Below, in pieces: positions 19,710-29,725 of a DNA stretch of 64,000 nucleotides; within the stretch, counting starts at the first letter, position 1, and each line of letters begins with the position of its first letter. Under the pieces are notes generated by a model. It worked only from the letters and a program-made list of their open reading frames with translations. It ran no database searches and was not told the DNA's origin. The position numbers were made by a program, and so were the translations under genes. This DNA is from an uncultured cyanobacterium (GTDB lineage: Bacteria; Cyanobacteriota; Cyanobacteriia; Cyanobacteriales; Nostocaceae): positions 1,728,001 to 1,792,000 of the forward strand of contig CAVUDP010000002.1 of assembly GCA_963740315.1 (NCBI GenBank), written 5' to 3'.

Positions 19710-20024
19710 TTACTCATAATGATACCGACAAGCGAGAAAATCAATCTGAGTATTTCCAACACGATAAACAAGCCGATGCTCTATATCGATACGTCTAGAC
19801 CAAATATCCGCATCCATATATTTTAAAGGTTCTGGTTTGCCAATTCCTTCAAATGGATTTTCCATGACAGCAGTAACTAAATCTAAAATTTTCGATGCAA
19901 CTTTAAAATTTTGCTTGAACCACCAAGCCAAATCTTCTTTAAACTTAGAGCTAAAACCAGGGCTGCGATTAACAACTGGTTTGACTTCATCAGCTTCAAC
20001 CTTATTCTTCTTTTTCTTGCTCAA
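19710..20024 (-). CDS. yoeB: Txe/YoeB family toxin
   Basis: 'NPFEGIGKPEPLKY', 'WSRRIDIEHRLVY', 'CRYHY'; probable TTG start at 20024 overlapping the antitoxin end. Confidence 0.92.
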   Translation of the reverse strand: MSKKKKNKVEADEVKPVVNRSPGFSSKFKEDLAWWFKQNFKVASKILDLVTAVMENPFEGIGKPEPLKYMDADIWSRRIDIEHRLVYRVGNTQIDFLACRYHYE

Positions 20025-20301
20025 TCCCCAACTCCTGTTGAAGCTCTTCAATTGTTTGAGGTTTAATGTTTTCAGTTTTAGATTCCTCAATTGCATCGAG
20101 TAAACGATTTGCATTTGCAGGAGTTTTCAACAGATAAACCGTTTCAACCAAACTTTTCAAATCCGATTCTGTAATCAAAGCAACATTTTCACCATCGCGA
20201 CGATTGATGATATATACCTGATTATTTTGTACAACTAGGTCTAACAGCTTAAAGAAGTTGTTTCTAGCATCCGTTGGAGATGTGATTTCGTAAGAAAACA
20301 T
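20002..20301 (-). CDS. yefM: Phd/YefM antitoxin
   Basis: 'TDARNNF', 'LVETVYLLKTPANANRLLDAIEE'. Confidence 0.92.
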   Translation of the reverse strand: MFSYEITSPTDARNNFFKLLDLVVQNNQVYIINRRDGENVALITESDLKSLVETVYLLKTPANANRLLDAIEESKTENIKPQTIEELQQELGIEQEKEE

Positions 20302-20307
20302 CGTTTA

Positions 20308-20334
20308 TGTACAGCTTTACGTACATATATTATA
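20308..20334 (-). promoter_or_regulatory. Putative YefM operator and -10 box
   Basis: TGTACA (20308-13) and CGTACA (20320-25) are 12 bp apart; TATAAT on the minus strand at 20329-20334. Confidence 0.6.
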
Positions 20335-20761
20335 AGGCATTCAAATCATCATCGCTAAGGTCTGGTAATTTTCTTGAATTTTCGATTTTTATAAATTAGT
20401 TTCATAAGTTAGCAGTTATGTCAATACGTATTTCACGATAAATATGTATATAAATCATCTTATACTTGATTAAAATTTAGTTACGAATAAATAAAAACAA
20501 GTAATAAATTTTACTGAGTATAATTACAAGTTTCAGTGTAAATTAATTGTAGGATGCATTTGCCAACGCAAGGGATTTTTTTGTTTAAATACCTTGTTAG
20601 ATAGTGTTTTGAATAAAATAAGTCAGCCCTATTGAATGAATGTAATTGGCAAAAGTTCAGTTGTAAAACTGTGGCACGTTTTCTCGTGCGTAATTTTTCA
20701 TAATTATTAGAGAATATCAATCCACAGAAATATCAAACCTCAACATTTAAAAACCAAAAAT

Positions 20762-22975
20762 ATGCCTTCTACCTTCAATCTTTCAGCGCCATCTACTTTT
20801 AATTTACAAGAAGCGACAGTTGATGATATCCAAAAAGCATATAGTTTTGGAGCTTTGAGTATAGAGGAATTAACTCAACTCTACCTAAATAGAATTACAG
20901 CTTATGATGACCAAGGACCAAATCTTTCTGCGGTTATTTCTGTTAATCCCGATGCTTTGGATACAGCGAAGGAATTAGATGCAAAGTTGCGAAGTCAAGG
21001 AGCGGATGGAGCTTTGTATGGAATTCCGGTACTTTTAAAGGATAATTATGACACCTTTGATTTACCGACTACTGCGGGTTCTGATGTTTTAGCAGGTTCG
21101 ATTCCCCCCGATGATGCTTTTACTACCAAGGAATTTCGCGATGCTGGAGCAATTATTTTGGGTAAAACCAATATGAGCGAATTTGCTCTTTCTTCGGGAA
21201 GACTTGGTTACAGTTCTTTGGGAGGTTTAACGCTCAATCCTTATAATCTCAACCGCGATGCTAGTGGTTCGAGTAGTGGTACGGGTGCTGCAATTGCGGC
21301 AAATTTTGCGACGTTAGGTACTGGTACGGATACAGCAGGTTCGGTTCGCGGCCCTTCTTCCGTTACGGGTTTGGTGGGAATCAAGCCTACGCGGGGATTG
21401 GTGAGTGCCGATGGTATAGTTCCCCTGGCGCTTACTGCCGATGTTGCTGGCCCGATGGCGCTTACTGTTGAAGATGCGGCGATCGCACTGTCCGTAATGG
21501 CTGGTGTCGATCCTAACGATCCGGCTACTGAAGCGAGTCAGGGTAAAGGTTTTGACGATTACACTCAATTTTTAGATAAAGATGCTCTTAAAGGTGCAAG
21601 AATTGGTGTAGCGCGGGATTATTTCGGCGGTAACGATGAAGTTGATAATCTGGTAGAAGCAGCTATTGATAATATGAGGGCTGCTGGTGCAACTGTGATT
21701 GAATTGGATATTCCCGACACGGTGGTTGATGCTTCTAATTACGGTACTTTACTAAATCCCGTAGTTCAAGCTGAATTCAAACCGCAGATTGAGGAATATT
21801 TGGGTACCCTCGATGAAGAATATCCGAAAAACTTAGAAGAATTAATTGCAGCTAGTAAAGATCCAGAATTGGTTAACTCGGAAACTCCAGTTAATCCAAA
21901 TCGGATTGCAGTATACGAAGATTCGCTCTCATTCGGTGGTTTGAATAATCCCGAATATCAAGCAGCAATTAGCGAAGGTATTCCCAAGCTGCAAGAAGAA
22001 TTAAATAATATCTTTGTTAGCAATAAATTAGATGCGATCGTTTATCCAACCATTGCCACTCCACCGACACCGATTACTGACTCTGAAGGTAATGTAATTG
22101 ACGATCCAACTTATCAAGCCGATTTAGATAACCTTGGCGGAGATCCTTATCGTGCAAATTATTTAGGAAATTTAACAGGTTTCCCCGATATAACTTTACC
22201 TGTGGGATATACCGAGCAAGGTTTACCCGTGGGTATGTCTTTATTCGGTCAAGCATTTACCGAACCCAAGCTGATAGGATTAGCATATGCTTACGAGCAG
22301 GAAAATCCAGTTCGAGTTCCCCCATCGAATACACCAGCTTTACCGGGAGAAAAGTTTGAATATCTCACCGAAGTTTTGATTGTTGGTGATGCCGAAGATG
22401 ATATTTTAGAAACTGGATTATTGCCAGATTTTGATGGTAATAAAGATGTAGTATTTGCAGGTTTTGGTGATGACTTAGTAGATACAACTCAAAGTATTTC
22501 CGGTGGTAATCGGGTATTCGGTGGTAGCGGTAATGATGAATTATTTGCGGGCAAAAACGATCGCATTAATGGTGGTACTGGAAACGATATTTTAGATGCT
22601 TCTACTGGTAGAGGAGGTAATCGTTTGAGTGGTGGTGATGGCGATGATACCTTTTTTGCAGGTGGTAGCGATCGATTAATTGGTGGTAATGGTAACGATA
22701 CATTTTTTATGATTGAAAAAGGTGGAAATACAATTAGTAGTGGTGCTGGTAAAGACCAATTTTGGATTGTTACGGCAGAATTACCAGAGCAAGTAAATAC
22801 AATTACTGATTTTGAAATTGGAATTGATGTAATTGGCATTGCGGGTATTGGTTCTTTTGAAGATATTACCTTTAATGTCGATGGTGGGAATACAGTAATA
22901 AACCTTTTGAATCAAGAAGTAGCAGTTTTGTTGGGAGTAGAAGGAATTGGGGAAAGTGATTTTGCTTTTGTTTAA
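20762..22975 (+). CDS. Amidase-signature enzyme with C-terminal RTX-type Ca-binding repeats
   Basis: 'LLKDN', 'SGSSSG', 'GTDTAGSVRGP' triad motifs; several GGxGxDxL/F nonapeptides near the C-terminus. Confidence 0.9.
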   Translation: MPSTFNLSAPSTFNLQEATVDDIQKAYSFGALSIEELTQLYLNRITAYDDQGPNLSAVISVNPDALDTAKELDAKLRSQGADGALYGIPVLLKDNYDTFDLPTTAGSDVLAGSIPPDDAFTTKEFRDAGAIILGKTNMSEFALSSGRLGYSSLGGLTLNPYNLNRDASGSSSGTGAAIAANFATLGTGTDTAGSVRGPSSVTGLVGIKPTRGLVSADGIVPLALTADVAGPMALTVEDAAIALSVMAGVDPNDPATEASQGKGFDDYTQFLDKDALKGARIGVARDYFGGNDEVDNLVEAAIDNMRAAGATVIELDIPDTVVDASNYGTLLNPVVQAEFKPQIEEYLGTLDEEYPKNLEELIAASKDPELVNSETPVNPNRIAVYEDSLSFGGLNNPEYQAAISEGIPKLQEELNNIFVSNKLDAIVYPTIATPPTPITDSEGNVIDDPTYQADLDNLGGDPYRANYLGNLTGFPDITLPVGYTEQGLPVGMSLFGQAFTEPKLIGLAYAYEQENPVRVPPSNTPALPGEKFEYLTEVLIVGDAEDDILETGLLPDFDGNKDVVFAGFGDDLVDTTQSISGGNRVFGGSGNDELFAGKNDRINGGTGNDILDASTGRGGNRLSGGDGDDTFFAGGSDRLIGGNGNDTFFMIEKGGNTISSGAGKDQFWIVTAELPEQVNTITDFEIGIDVIGIAGIGSFEDITFNVDGGNTVINLLNQEVAVLLGVEGIGESDFAFV

Positions 22976-22989
22976 TTAGTTCCTTCGTC

Positions 22990-23117
22990 GTTCGTAGTAA
23001 GGGTTTTAACCCTTTCTTCCGAGGACTAAAGTCCTTACTAATTAATAACGAGCATAAAAGCGATCGCGGTTACTGTTTTAACCCTTTCCTCTGAGGGCTA
23101 AAGCCCTTACTACGAAC
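22990..23117. repeat. Dispersed GTTCGTAGTAAGG...CCTTACTACGAAC palindromic element (family of the 79-bp array)
   Basis: Same outer stem and AGGACT/AGGGCT inner hairpins as 37357-37415. Confidence 0.75.
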
Positions 23118-23325
23118 TAATAAAAACCAAAATAAACATAAGATTATCTTTATAATCCATTCCCAATTGCTCGAATAGCTTATCTGCATCTGCTGTGGAG
23201 TTTTGAAATAAGGAAGAGGGATTTTGAGTTAACAACCGCGACGTAGTTTCACTATATACAGGAAGATTCAGTGAAAGTATTGCGGTAACGGATATTAAAG
23301 CAATTAATTTTAAGGGGGAATACAT
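23110..23325 (-). pseudogene. Probable N-terminal remnant of a secreted TPR(-CHAT) protein
   Basis: Signal-peptide-like start then 'ADADKLFEQLG', like the opening of TPR-CHAT proteins (compare 'EALKLFREG' in 26067-29111); ends in a repeat element. Confidence 0.4.
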
Positions 23326-23657
23326 AAAGCAAACTCTCACAGAATGTTAATATTTTACATATAACGCTAGTATTTGTACTGATGCAAGGAAAGATTACAG
23401 CGTTACGTTTATGTATATATCCTGGGGCTTAGGGGTTATGCAGTTCGTAGTTGCGCTGTCTTCGCCAAATAAATCATATTGGTGCGTTATGGCAAGGAGA
23501 TAAGCACGTAAGTGTAATTCGTAATTCGTGATATTTAGATATAAGAATTATTTGTTATAAGTTAGATTACCGATGGTGCGTTACGGCAAAAAGATGACAT
23601 ATCTGTTTATTTTGTTAACATTACGCAGCCGTAACACACCCTACAAAACTGCTATTC

Positions 23658-24224
23658 TCAAACAAACAAACGCGATACCTGGCAAACAAAATTCGGTAGC
23701 ATTGGCGAAGTTAATTCATCTGCAACAAACAAGGTTTCGACTAACTTCAAAAGCGCTTTATCCCGTCGATAAACCTCAACTTGCTGCGATCGCCAATCCA
23801 AAATCCAATATTCTTGCACTCCCCTAGTAGCATATAATTTCAACTTTACTTCTCTATCCCGACGTTGGTTTTCAACACCTTCAGAAAGCACTTCAATAAC
23901 TAATTCTGGCGCACCTGTTAAATGTCCCGCTTCATCAAGTAACATTGTCAGACGTTCTTTACTCACCCAAACTACATCGGGAATTACGTTATCTGCGTCG
24001 GTAAAAATGATTCCTGGAGTCTGAACTGCTTCCCCTAAACCTGATGAAATTGACCAAGCTCTTAATTCAGCATAAGAATTGCCACTTGCTTTCTGATGTC
24101 CCCAATGTGGTGCCCTAGTCACGAACAATTCCCCATCAATAATTTCATAGCGATTGCCATTATCTGGTAATAGCTCAATATCAGCTATAGTCCATCGTAC
24201 CCGTTCTTCAGTGCTTTGGCTCAT
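23658..24224 (-). CDS. Uma2 family endonuclease
   Basis: 'RYEIIDGELFV', 'IPDVVW', 'APELVIEVLS', 'KLKLY...GVQEYWILD'. Confidence 0.92.
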   Translation of the reverse strand: MSQSTEERVRWTIADIELLPDNGNRYEIIDGELFVTRAPHWGHQKASGNSYAELRAWSISSGLGEAVQTPGIIFTDADNVIPDVVWVSKERLTMLLDEAGHLTGAPELVIEVLSEGVENQRRDREVKLKLYATRGVQEYWILDWRSQQVEVYRRDKALLKLVETLFVADELTSPMLPNFVCQVSRLFV

Positions 24225-24620
24225 GGGATTTTTGTCTTGCGGTGTTATTGATATTTTAGCTTTAATTATTGAATACAATACCCGCCCACGGTTGCAAACC
24301 TATGCCCATAAATTCCCTCCGGGTGCGTTACGGCTTCAATTAATATATCTGTTTATTCGACTACCATTACGCAGCCGTACAATTAATAAAGAAATATTTA
24401 TCGCTTGTGTAGACGCGGTTCCAACCGCCAGGTATTCTTAGTTAAATATAGAATGGTGCGTTACGACTTCGGTTAACATATCTATTTATTCCACTACCTT
24501 TACGCACCCGTAACACACCCTACAATTAATTCAGATTTAACCCGCGACGGCGGGTTTCGCTTGTGTAGACGCGGTTTCAACCGCCCGGTTATATTTACTT
24601 TAACCTCTGACTTTGACCTG

Positions 24621-25952
24621 ATGACAAACTCCTTAATCCAAACCCTACAATTAATTGCCAATCCCATAAACTTTTTTGACAACCATGCGAAAAAATATGG
24701 TGATACTTTTAGTTTGCGAGTTTTAGGTATAAATTCGCCGCCAGTTGTCTTTTTTAGCAGTCCCCAAGCTATTGATGATTGTTTCGCAATTCCCGCCAAA
24801 AAATTAGATTTTAAAAAAGCTACCCACGTATTTAAACCCTTATTCGGCAGCGATTCTATTGTTTTTCAAGAAGGTAAATCCCATAATCGGCAAAGACAAT
24901 TATTGATGCCTCCCTTTCATGGCGATCGCCTCAAGTCTTACGGTGATACTATATGCAATATTACTAATAATGTAACTCGCAATTGGCAGGTTAACAACAC
25001 CGTTTCCATGCAGCAAGTAATGCCGGATATCACTTTACAAATTATTTTACAGGTAGTATTTGGAATCACTCCAGGTGAACGTTACGAAAAGTTAATAAAA
25101 TTATTAACCGCGCTATTAGATGATATTACTAAACCGTTGTTTTCCAGTTTATTTTTCTTTCCACCTTTACAGCAAGATTTAGGAAAATGGAGTCCTTGGG
25201 GAAATTATCTCAAAAGACGCGAAGAAATTGATAAGTTAATATATGCAGAGATTTCCGAACGTAGAACAAATAATGATAATTTAGGTGAAGATATTTTAAG
25301 TATGTTGATGTCAGCGAGTGACGAAGATGGCGGTAAAATGACAGATAAGGAATTGCGAGATCAATTAGTTTCTTTACTGCTTTTAGGTTACGAAACCACA
25401 TCTGGTGTATTAGCGTGGTTATTTTATATGATTCACTCGCATCCAGAAGTGAAAGATAAATTAATGAATGAATTACAAACTTTAGATAGTAATTTAGATA
25501 AATCTCCAGAAGCGATCGCTCAACTACCTTACCTCAATGCAGTTTGCTCCGAAACCATGCGACTTCACCCCATCGCTTTAATTTGCACTCCCCGCATGGC
25601 TGTAGATAAAGTAGAAGTTGTAGGAGTTAAGTTCGATCCAGGTACCGTTTTAGTTCCCTGCATATATTTAGCTCATCGTCAGGAAGCAACTTATCAACAA
25701 CCCGATAAATTCATCCCCGAAAGATTTTTAGATAAAAAGTTTTCCGCATTTGAATATCTGCCTTTTGGGGGAGGTTATCGCGGCTGTATTGGTGCTGCTT
25801 TTGCAGTGTATGAAATGAAGTTGATATTAGCAACAATTATCCAAAAATTTGAATTGGAATTAGTCGATAAAAAACCAGTAAAACCCGTGCGTCGGGGGAT
25901 TACAATTGTTCCGAGTGGTGGAGTGTCGATGAAGGTTATGGAAACTATTTGA
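24621..25952 (+). CDS. Cytochrome P450 (CYP110-like)
   Basis: GYETT, ETMR, PERF, FGGGYRGCIG; ATG 24621 preferred because the ORF extension is repeat-derived. Confidence 0.95.
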   Translation: MTNSLIQTLQLIANPINFFDNHAKKYGDTFSLRVLGINSPPVVFFSSPQAIDDCFAIPAKKLDFKKATHVFKPLFGSDSIVFQEGKSHNRQRQLLMPPFHGDRLKSYGDTICNITNNVTRNWQVNNTVSMQQVMPDITLQIILQVVFGITPGERYEKLIKLLTALLDDITKPLFSSLFFFPPLQQDLGKWSPWGNYLKRREEIDKLIYAEISERRTNNDNLGEDILSMLMSASDEDGGKMTDKELRDQLVSLLLLGYETTSGVLAWLFYMIHSHPEVKDKLMNELQTLDSNLDKSPEAIAQLPYLNAVCSETMRLHPIALICTPRMAVDKVEVVGVKFDPGTVLVPCIYLAHRQEATYQQPDKFIPERFLDKKFSAFEYLPFGGGYRGCIGAAFAVYEMKLILATIIQKFELELVDKKPVKPVRRGITIVPSGGVSMKVMETI

Positions 25953-26066
25953 TATTGTTAACCTCTGCGTTAAAAAACTTAAAACAAGAGAGGAGTAAAT
26001 TAGGAACTTGAAACCGTTCGTAATCTAATCTAAAATCTAAAATCTAAAATCCAAAATTGTTTTGGT

Positions 26067-29000
26067 TTATTTCCACTCCCCCTGCAAAGTAAAAGCCGCC
26101 CAATAATGGGGACTGCGCCAATCTGGATTAGCCCATAACTTCCGCTGTGCAGCCCGTAACGCTTCGGCAGGAGTTTTATTCTCCTGCAACATCTGTTTAT
26201 AAAACTCTTGCATCAGTACCGACGTACCCTTATCATCAACCTGCCACAACGACAAAGCGACTCGCGAAGCACCTGCATACATCAACCCTCTTGTCAAGCC
26301 CACTAAACCTTCACCGCTGACATCTTTACCAAGTCCAGTTTCGCAAGCACTTAATACAATTAATTCTGCTGGATAATCTTGTTCAAATAAATCTGCTAAT
26401 CGTAAATAACCCGGTATTTGTTGACCATCTTTATTGACTAAAGATAAAACAATACCCGATAATTCCGGGCGATCGGGATTAACAAAACCGTGGGTTGCAA
26501 AGTGTAAAATTTGGTATTGATTGAGATTTTTACTTGTTGCCCAGTTATAGTTAGCATCGAAGCTAAATGCTTGTAGGCTGTTGCTAGAGGGAACGAGTTT
26601 TAGTATTTCTTGGGCTTCTATTAAAGTATTTGGTAATTGACTCCAACCTTCACGATTAAGACTTTTTGCAGAACGTTTTAGAGCAGAACGTTCTAAATCA
26701 AGTTCGGGAGCGAGAGGAACTTCTTTACCTGTAACTCTTTTGTCCTTGGAACTGTATACTGGATCTGCAAGAATGGCGATTTTTTTAGGTGCAATTTTGC
26801 GATTCGCGATTTTTTCCCGCTGGATTGCGATCGTTGATGCTGAAGGTAAATTAACAATTTCGTGGTTGAGCATCAAAGGTTGATAATTAGAATTATTAAT
26901 ATTTACCCCTGGTTTTGGTTCGGGAATCAGCCCACCTCTGGAGACGTTACATATAACGTCTCTACATTCTTCCCGCTCTACCCCCTCTACCCCCTCTCCC
27001 CCCTCTCCCGAAGGATCGGCTAATGCTGCAAAAGGAATCTGTTGCAAAACACCATCAGCAACGATGACTAATCTTTTCCCGGTTATCTTATCTTTTACAG
27101 GTTTAAGAATAACTTCGCTGAGTGCTTGGGCTGAATCAACTGCTGAATTATTTGTTGATAATTCACGATGAAATCTATTAGCAATTTCCTCAATTTCTTC
27201 ACCTTTTGGTAATTCGTAGCTACTAAGAGAATTAGGAGTGACTAACCATAAATAACTGCGTTCCTCACCCAGGGAATATTGCAGTAAAACGGTATCTTTA
27301 TCTAATTGCTGTTGAATCTCGGCTAATTTTAACGGTTCGGGGTTAGTTAATTTATCTCGTTCTGGGTTTTGAGCGCGGATTAAAGCTTTAAGTTGTTTTT
27401 GTTGATTGATGATATTTTGAATTTCGGTTTCGGTTTGTTTAATAGTGTCTTTTGGTAATGGGGTTTGATTAATTAATTGAGCAAGGATTTTTTCTTGAGC
27501 TTGACGTTTAAGCTGTAATTCTTTTTCTTCTACAATGAATTTTGGGTCAACATTTTTGCTGAGTTTAGCGTTAGCTTGAGCTAATAATTCGATTAAACCA
27601 CGAGCGCGGGAACGTTCTGATATGTGTAGCGCTAATGCATCGTATCCTAAAGATGGGTTTTTCTTGTGTTGTTCCATCAATAGGTCGATGTAGAATTTGT
27701 AGTATTTCTGGACTGTGGAGAAATAGGTAGTTTTTAAATCTTGGTTGGTGTAGGTAGTGCGTAAGTCTTCGATGATTGCGATCGCGCTTTCGATATGTTT
27801 GAGGGATGCTTGTAAATTGTCTTGTTTGCGTTCGAGTGAAGCAAGATTTCCTAGAATTACAGATTCTTTATCCTTATCACCTACCGCACGATATAAAGGT
27901 AAAGCTTGGTTGTAGTATTGCAGAGCTTTCTGCTTTTCTCCTAAATCCGAGTAGACAGAACCAATATTATTAAGGTTAGTAGCTTCTCTGCCCCTGTCTC
28001 CCACTGCACGAGATAAAGTTAAAGCTTGGTTGAAGTTTTGCAGTGCCTTCTGCTTTTCTCCTAAATCCGAGTAGACAAAACCAATACTAGAGACGGTAGT
28101 AGCTTCTACACTCCTATTTCCCAACGCACGAGATAAAGGTAAAGCTTGGTTATAGTATTCGAGTGCCTTCTGATTTTCTCCTAAAGCTGAGTAGACAAAA
28201 CCAATATTATTAAGGTTAGTAGCTTCTACACTCCTATTTCCCACCGCACGAGATAAAGGTAAAGCTTGGTTATAGTATTCCAGTGCCTTCTGATTTTCTC
28301 CTAAAGAATTGTAAATTGTACCAATACCATTAAGAGTAGTAGCTTCTACACTCCTATTTTCCACCGCACGAGATAAAGTTAAAGCTTGGTTATAGTATTC
28401 CAGTGCCTTCTGATTTTCTCCTAAATTCGAGTAGACTTGACCAATATTATGAAAGGTTCCTGCTTCTTTAAACTTATCTCCCACCGCACGAGATAAAGTT
28501 AAAGCTTGGTTATAGTATTGTAAAGCTTTCTGCTTTTCTCCTAAATCCGAGTACAACAGACCAATATTATTGAGTGTAGTGGCTTCTCCACCCTTGTCTC
28601 CCACCGCACGTGATAAAGGTAAAGCTTGGTTGTAGAATTGTAGAGCTTTCTGCTTTTCTCCTAAATCCGAGTACAACAGACCAATATTATTGAGTGTAGT
28701 GGCTTCTCCACCTCTGTCTCCCACCGCACGAAATATAGGTAAAGCTTGGTTGAAGTTTTGCAGTGCCTTCTGGTTTTCTCCTAAATCCCAGTAAATTCGA
28801 CCAATAATCAAAATAGTAGAAGCTTGCCAGTTCTTATCCCCCAGTTTCTGCCACAAAACCAGTGCCGCTTCCCATTTTTTTCTCGCTGCGAGCAGTGATT
28901 CCTTACTTCCTTGCTCAAATAATTGCCGCCCTTCTCGGAATAATTTTAATGCTTCAACCTCGGTTGAATCCGCTCGCGTTTCTCCCTGTTGAGCGATTTC

Positions 29001-29111
29001 TAAATTCCTAAAAGCATATACACTCCCCACATCAGAAATCAAAAATACAGTTAAAAATACAGCAAAGGCGCGATGCATTAAAACTCGAACATGATGATGT
29101 TTTTTGCTCAT
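26067..29111 (-). CDS. TPR-CHAT domain protein with signal-peptide-like N-terminus
   Basis: At least eight 40-aa TPR units; CHAT 'HFATHG' and 'LSACETG'; 'PHYWAAFTLQGEW' end. Confidence 0.93.
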   Translation of the reverse strand: MSKKHHHVRVLMHRAFAVFLTVFLISDVGSVYAFRNLEIAQQGETRADSTEVEALKLFREGRQLFEQGSKESLLAARKKWEAALVLWQKLGDKNWQASTILIIGRIYWDLGENQKALQNFNQALPIFRAVGDRGGEATTLNNIGLLYSDLGEKQKALQFYNQALPLSRAVGDKGGEATTLNNIGLLYSDLGEKQKALQYYNQALTLSRAVGDKFKEAGTFHNIGQVYSNLGENQKALEYYNQALTLSRAVENRSVEATTLNGIGTIYNSLGENQKALEYYNQALPLSRAVGNRSVEATNLNNIGFVYSALGENQKALEYYNQALPLSRALGNRSVEATTVSSIGFVYSDLGEKQKALQNFNQALTLSRAVGDRGREATNLNNIGSVYSDLGEKQKALQYYNQALPLYRAVGDKDKESVILGNLASLERKQDNLQASLKHIESAIAIIEDLRTTYTNQDLKTTYFSTVQKYYKFYIDLLMEQHKKNPSLGYDALALHISERSRARGLIELLAQANAKLSKNVDPKFIVEEKELQLKRQAQEKILAQLINQTPLPKDTIKQTETEIQNIINQQKQLKALIRAQNPERDKLTNPEPLKLAEIQQQLDKDTVLLQYSLGEERSYLWLVTPNSLSSYELPKGEEIEEIANRFHRELSTNNSAVDSAQALSEVILKPVKDKITGKRLVIVADGVLQQIPFAALADPSGEGGEGVEGVEREECRDVICNVSRGGLIPEPKPGVNINNSNYQPLMLNHEIVNLPSASTIAIQREKIANRKIAPKKIAILADPVYSSKDKRVTGKEVPLAPELDLERSALKRSAKSLNREGWSQLPNTLIEAQEILKLVPSSNSLQAFSFDANYNWATSKNLNQYQILHFATHGFVNPDRPELSGIVLSLVNKDGQQIPGYLRLADLFEQDYPAELIVLSACETGLGKDVSGEGLVGLTRGLMYAGASRVALSLWQVDDKGTSVLMQEFYKQMLQENKTPAEALRAAQRKLWANPDWRSPHYWAAFTLQGEWK

Positions 29112-29521
29112 GACTTATTACTTCAAGTGATTTTTCTATAGCTATAAACATCTATATCTAACGCCTTCCTAATTATGCAGTTACTGTTTTAACCGCAAAA
29201 TTACTGAACGATCGACCGCAGAGGGCGCGGAGGGCGCGGAGGAAAGAGGTAAGGAGAGATAAGGAGTAAGCAGGAGATAATCTAAGCAAACTTTCGACAT
29301 ATTGAAAGCGATACGAGATTAGCTACAGGGTATATTAAATTACAATTATGAGATTAGCAAGTGATTGTAATTACATTGTTCTTGCAGTTTTCGGCAAATC
29401 TTATTTTTTCACGTTGTTTTTTTATGCTGTAACGGTTAATTATTAACTTTCTTTCCTTGAATCAAAATCAAACTGTTGTTCAAGCCTAACTTGTTCTTCA
29501 TTGTTGAAAAATCCGCAGAAA

Positions 29522-29699
29522 GTAGGTTGGGTTAGACGCACGAGAATTTTGAATTTTAGCTAATAATTAATATTGCGTCGTAACCCAACATTCGATTGTT
29601 GTAACTTTTAGTATTTATTCAAAACCTGATGTTGGGTTAAACAGGAGAAGGTAAATTGTAATTACCATCAAAATTATTTTCCTGTCTAACCCAACCTAC
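29522..29699. repeat. GTAG-type REP-like inverted doublet
   Basis: GTAGGTTGGGTTA...TAACCCAACA and TGTTGGGTTA...TAACCCAACCTAC. Confidence 0.7.
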
Positions 29700-29725
29700 A
29701 AAATCTTTTAATTCAGTAATTACAC

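Noticed and set aside
20025..20114. Long N-terminal extension of YoeB in the ORF track
   Set aside because: Overlaps yefM; a TTG start at 20024 with an upstream GGAG is more plausible.
17519..25952. Two P450s, amidase and methyltransferases as a biosynthetic cluster
   Set aside because: No scaffold synthase or precursor peptide; genes are interspersed with TA and Uma2 genes and are not operonic.
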